A stretch of 64,000 nucleotides of DNA, taken from NCBI GenBank assembly GCA_963727585.1, contig CAVSHH010000003.1, positions 738,493 to 802,492 of the forward strand, in the 5' to 3' direction. This document shows positions 61,235 to 64,000 of this stretch, one piece after another; positions within the stretch are counted from its first letter, which is position 1, and each line of letters opens with the position of its first letter. The notes below the pieces were generated by a model that saw only the letters and a list, made by a program, of their open reading frames with translations, ran no database searches and was not told the DNA's origin. The stretch is from an uncultured Chloroflexia bacterium (GTDB lineage Bacteria; Chloroflexota; Limnocylindria; Limnocylindrales; CSP1-4). The position numbers and the translations under genes are program-made.

Positions 61235-61636
61235 CTACCAGTCCATCCTCCAGTCACCACCTCGTAGCGATGCGGCGACATCGGGTTCCCTTGCCAGTTC
61301 CTCGGCCAGGCTCGATCCCGCACTCAGCTTGCGTCCACCTGCCCGGACCCGCTCATCGAGGCCGACCTCGGTGCCGGCCAGCCAGGCGACGATCCGGCCG
61401 ATCTCGGCGGGATTCAGCCCGAACAGGGCGCCACGACGGTCGTGCGGGACCGGAAGCTCCCGGATGATCCCGGCCTCCCGCAGGATGCGCAGCTGGCGGC
61501 TCATCGCGGGTCGACTGCGACCCACAAGGAGGGCGAGCGCGGAAGGTCGACGGGGCCTGACCGCGATGAGTTGAACGATCCGGCGGCGCGTCGGGTCCGC
61601 CAGTAGCGCGACCCCGCTGCCATTGTGCCTGGGCAT
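61235..61636 (-). CDS. ArsR-family-like HTH transcriptional regulator
   Basis: LADPTRRRIVQLIA...MSRQLRILREAGII. Confidence 0.55.
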   Translation of the reverse strand: MPRHNGSGVALLADPTRRRIVQLIAVRPRRPSALALLVGRSRPAMSRQLRILREAGIIRELPVPHDRRGALFGLNPAEIGRIVAWLAGTEVGLDERVRAGGRKLSAGSSLAEELAREPDVAASLRGGDWRMDW

Positions 61637-62019
61637 CGACGAAGCATTGCACCGTGGCCTTGGCCGGCGCTTATGGGATTGGCTCGTTCACGCTCGTCGT
61701 TCCGCTTGCGTGGAACGATGTGCCGCCGGCGCCGAGAGCGAAGGTCCCGCCCCCGCTGGCTGCGGGTGGACGCTGCGGACGGATGCTGCGGACGGACGCC
61801 GCGGGTGCACGGCGCACCAGCCGGCCCCAACCGGGACGCTCGTCCGGGGTGCGAAGCCCACCCGACCGCACCCCACCATCCTTCACCGGGCCCAGCGGCA
61901 GTGGCAGGCCGCGGGACCAAAGTCTGGCCCCGATGGCTCCCACGGGCGATCCCGGCGAGCAACGCGAGAGCGGACGCTTCCACTGCATCCCCGCGCGCAT
62001 CTGAACTGACCGGAGCCAC

Positions 62020-64000
62020 ATGCGTCACGCCCTGCACGTCCTCGCTGCAACCCTGCTCGCCGCCATGGTCGCGGCACCAGCCGCCGCCGTCACAGTGGGT
62101 GGCGCCGCCGAGGAGACGCTCACGGGCATCGTCGAGAGCGCCTATGTCGAGCTGGGGGACGGCCGGGACCACTTCCTCTACTCGCTGCGCGACCGGGACG
62201 GCCGGATTACGCCCCTCGAGTTCGCGAAGGGCAACCCACGCTCCCTGTCGGGCGCCAGGGTGACGCTGACGGGCATCCGCGACAAGGGTGCGCTGCGGGT
62301 CAGATCGACGGAGCCGGGCGCCGGCCTGCGGGTGCGCGCGAGGGGCAGGAACACGGGGACTGGCACATGGGCGGCGGAGACGGGCGGCACCGCGACCCTC
62401 TCGGGCGGCACGGGGACGAATGCGACCACCTCGTCGGGCGAGACCGTGGCGAAGTCGGTCGCGGTCGTCCTGTTCAACTTCACCGACCTCAGGACGACCC
62501 CGTTCACCAGGTCGCAGGTCTCCCAGGCCCTCCTCGGCAGCTCGACCGGCACAAGCCGGTTCTTTGAGGAGGAGTCGAAGGGCCGGATGAGCATGACGGG
62601 TTCGGTGTTCGGCTGGTACACGATCAACGACACGACGGCCGGCTGCGACTGGCCCACCTGGACGACGCTCGCCTGGGACGCGGCCGCGGCGGCCGGACAC
62701 GATCTCAACGCCTACACCAACGTGATGTTCGTGTTCCCCAACACGAGCGCGTGCGGCTGGGCCGGCCTGGGCTACGTCCCCGGGCGCTACACGTACCTCA
62801 ACGGCAACATCAGCGTGCAGGTGATGACCCATGAGCTCGGCCACAACTTCGGGCTGAGCCACAGCAACGCCGACGACTGCAGGGTCAACGGGACGCGGGT
62901 GATGATCGCGGCCCCGGCCGACTGCCAGACCGTCGGCTACGCGGACCCGTTCTCGACCATGGGCAACAACGCCCTCCGACACAATCATGGATCCCACCTG
63001 GGCGAGCTGGGCTGGCTGGCACCGGGCGACAAGGTGATCGGCGTCCCTGGCAACAGCTACACGATCACGCCGTACTTCGGTGGCTCGGGGATCAAGCTGG
63101 TGCGCCTGCCGCGAGGCGACGGCTCCTACTTCGATCTCGACGTGCGGGCGACCTACGGCGCCTTCGACACGTTCGGGGCGGGATCGCCGGCGACCGTGGG
63201 GACGACGATCCGGATCGGGCTGGGGAGCGCGAGTCCCACGACCTCGCCCAAGGCGACGTTGCTGCTCGACTCGACGCCCGGTACTTCGTCCCTGGCCGAC
63301 GCCCCGCTGCTGGTGGGCAAGACCCTGACGGACCCGGTCTCGACGATCTCGATCAGGACGATGGCCTCGGACGGCTCCGGCGTCGTGGTCCGGATCCGCG
63401 AGGGCATCGATCCCACCGCGCCCCGCAGCCTGCAGGCCGGGTCAACGGCCGATGGCGTGGCTCTGACCTGGACGGCTGCGACCGACAACACGGCCGTGAC
63501 CGGATACCGCGTGAGCCGTGACGGGACGCTGCTGGCCACGATCGGTGGCGACCGAACGGGTTGGACCGATGGCACCGTGGTTCCCGGCTCGCGGTACACG
63601 TACAGCGTCGTCGCCGTGGACGGGTCGACCAACCAGGGACCGGCCGCGACGGTCGCGGTCACCGTGGCCGGCGATGCGGGAGCGAGCCTGTCTCCGACCC
63701 CCACGGCAAGCCCGACCCCCACGGCCAGCCCGGTCCCCACCGCAACCCCGGCTGCAACGCCGACGCCGACGGCCCCGCCGAGGCACGACGTCCAGGCGCC
63801 CACGCCGCCCGATGCGGTGAGTGGCGACGCCACGGCGACGACCGTGGCCCTGACATGGGAGCCGGCCACGGACGACACCGGCGTGGTTGGCTACCGCGTC
63901 ACGCGTGACGGCCAGCTGGTCGCCTCGCCCTCGAACGTGACCTTCAAGGACACGGCCCTCCGGCCCCGGACCACGTACCGGTACACCGTCGCGGCGCTCG
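62020..64000 (+). CDS. Secreted M11 (gametolysin)-like zinc metalloprotease with C-terminal fibronectin type III repeats (partial, 3' end outside window)
   Basis: Signal peptide MRHALHVLAATLLAAMVAAPAAA. HELGHNFGLSHSN zinc motif. Two or more FN3-like modules (TAVTGYRVSRDG, GVVGYRVTRDG) separated by a PT-rich linker. The frame stays open to position 64000. Confidence 0.6.
   Translation, partial: MRHALHVLAATLLAAMVAAPAAAVTVGGAAEETLTGIVESAYVELGDGRDHFLYSLRDRDGRITPLEFAKGNPRSLSGARVTLTGIRDKGALRVRSTEPGAGLRVRARGRNTGTGTWAAETGGTATLSGGTGTNATTSSGETVAKSVAVVLFNFTDLRTTPFTRSQVSQALLGSSTGTSRFFEEESKGRMSMTGSVFGWYTINDTTAGCDWPTWTTLAWDAAAAAGHDLNAYTNVMFVFPNTSACGWAGLGYVPGRYTYLNGNISVQVMTHELGHNFGLSHSNADDCRVNGTRVMIAAPADCQTVGYADPFSTMGNNALRHNHGSHLGELGWLAPGDKVIGVPGNSYTITPYFGGSGIKLVRLPRGDGSYFDLDVRATYGAFDTFGAGSPATVGTTIRIGLGSASPTTSPKATLLLDSTPGTSSLADAPLLVGKTLTDPVSTISIRTMASDGSGVVVRIREGIDPTAPRSLQAGSTADGVALTWTAATDNTAVTGYRVSRDGTLLATIGGDRTGWTDGTVVPGSRYTYSVVAVDGSTNQGPAATVAVTVAGDAGASLSPTPTASPTPTASPVPTATPAATPTPTAPPRHDVQAPTPPDAVSGDATATTVALTWEPATDDTGVVGYRVTRDGQLVASPSNVTFKDTALRPRTTYRYTVAAL

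Overview
This is a high-GC (about 70%) bacterial chromosomal window. It is most likely from Actinomycetota: it has F420-dependent LLM enzymes, RqlH-like and UvrD2-like helicases, an AdnB-like helicase-nuclease and many VapBC-type toxin-antitoxin pairs. Phylum is an inference only. Because of the GC content most of the six-frame ORFs are antisense artefacts, so I called about 60 genes from recognisable protein families and corrected many N-terminal over-extensions.

Main features of the window:
- Positions 1-880 are a repeat-rich non-coding stretch.
- Positions 1.7-13 kb form a DNA-transaction and defence-like islet: a NERD-helicase, a frameshifted UvrD/RecB-type helicase-nuclease, an MspJI/Mrr-like type IV restriction endonuclease, two toxin-antitoxin pairs and an RqlH-like RecQ helicase.
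- The middle of the window is housekeeping and transport: an adenylate cyclase, an aldo-keto reductase, a UvrD2-like helicase, a MarR-ABC exporter operon, an ABC-2 exporter, aspC-like, ldh, cysE-cysK, an OmpR-type two-component system, and a putative queuine-salvage operon (Qng1, deoxyribosyltransferase, F420 oxidoreductase, methyltransferase).
- The late part carries dnaG-rpoD. The sigma factor has an unusually large insertion in its non-conserved region, and there is a conspicuous double palindrome upstream of dnaG.
- The window ends inside an M11-like metalloprotease with FN3 repeats.

The most interesting locus is 42.7-51.9 kb. It is a translationally coupled operon encoding ArsR, DsrE, DsrE, TusA, an MvhD-like protein, an HdrA-like flavoprotein with an inserted GltD-like NAD(P)H module, a second HdrA, a small wHTH protein, a QmoC-like HdrC/HdrE membrane Fe-S protein, and two hemerythrin-like proteins. 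It combines sulfur-carrier proteins with a Qmo/Hdr-like quinone-interacting complex that lacks HdrB and carries an extra NAD(P)H-binding module. I do not recognise this combination as a described system.
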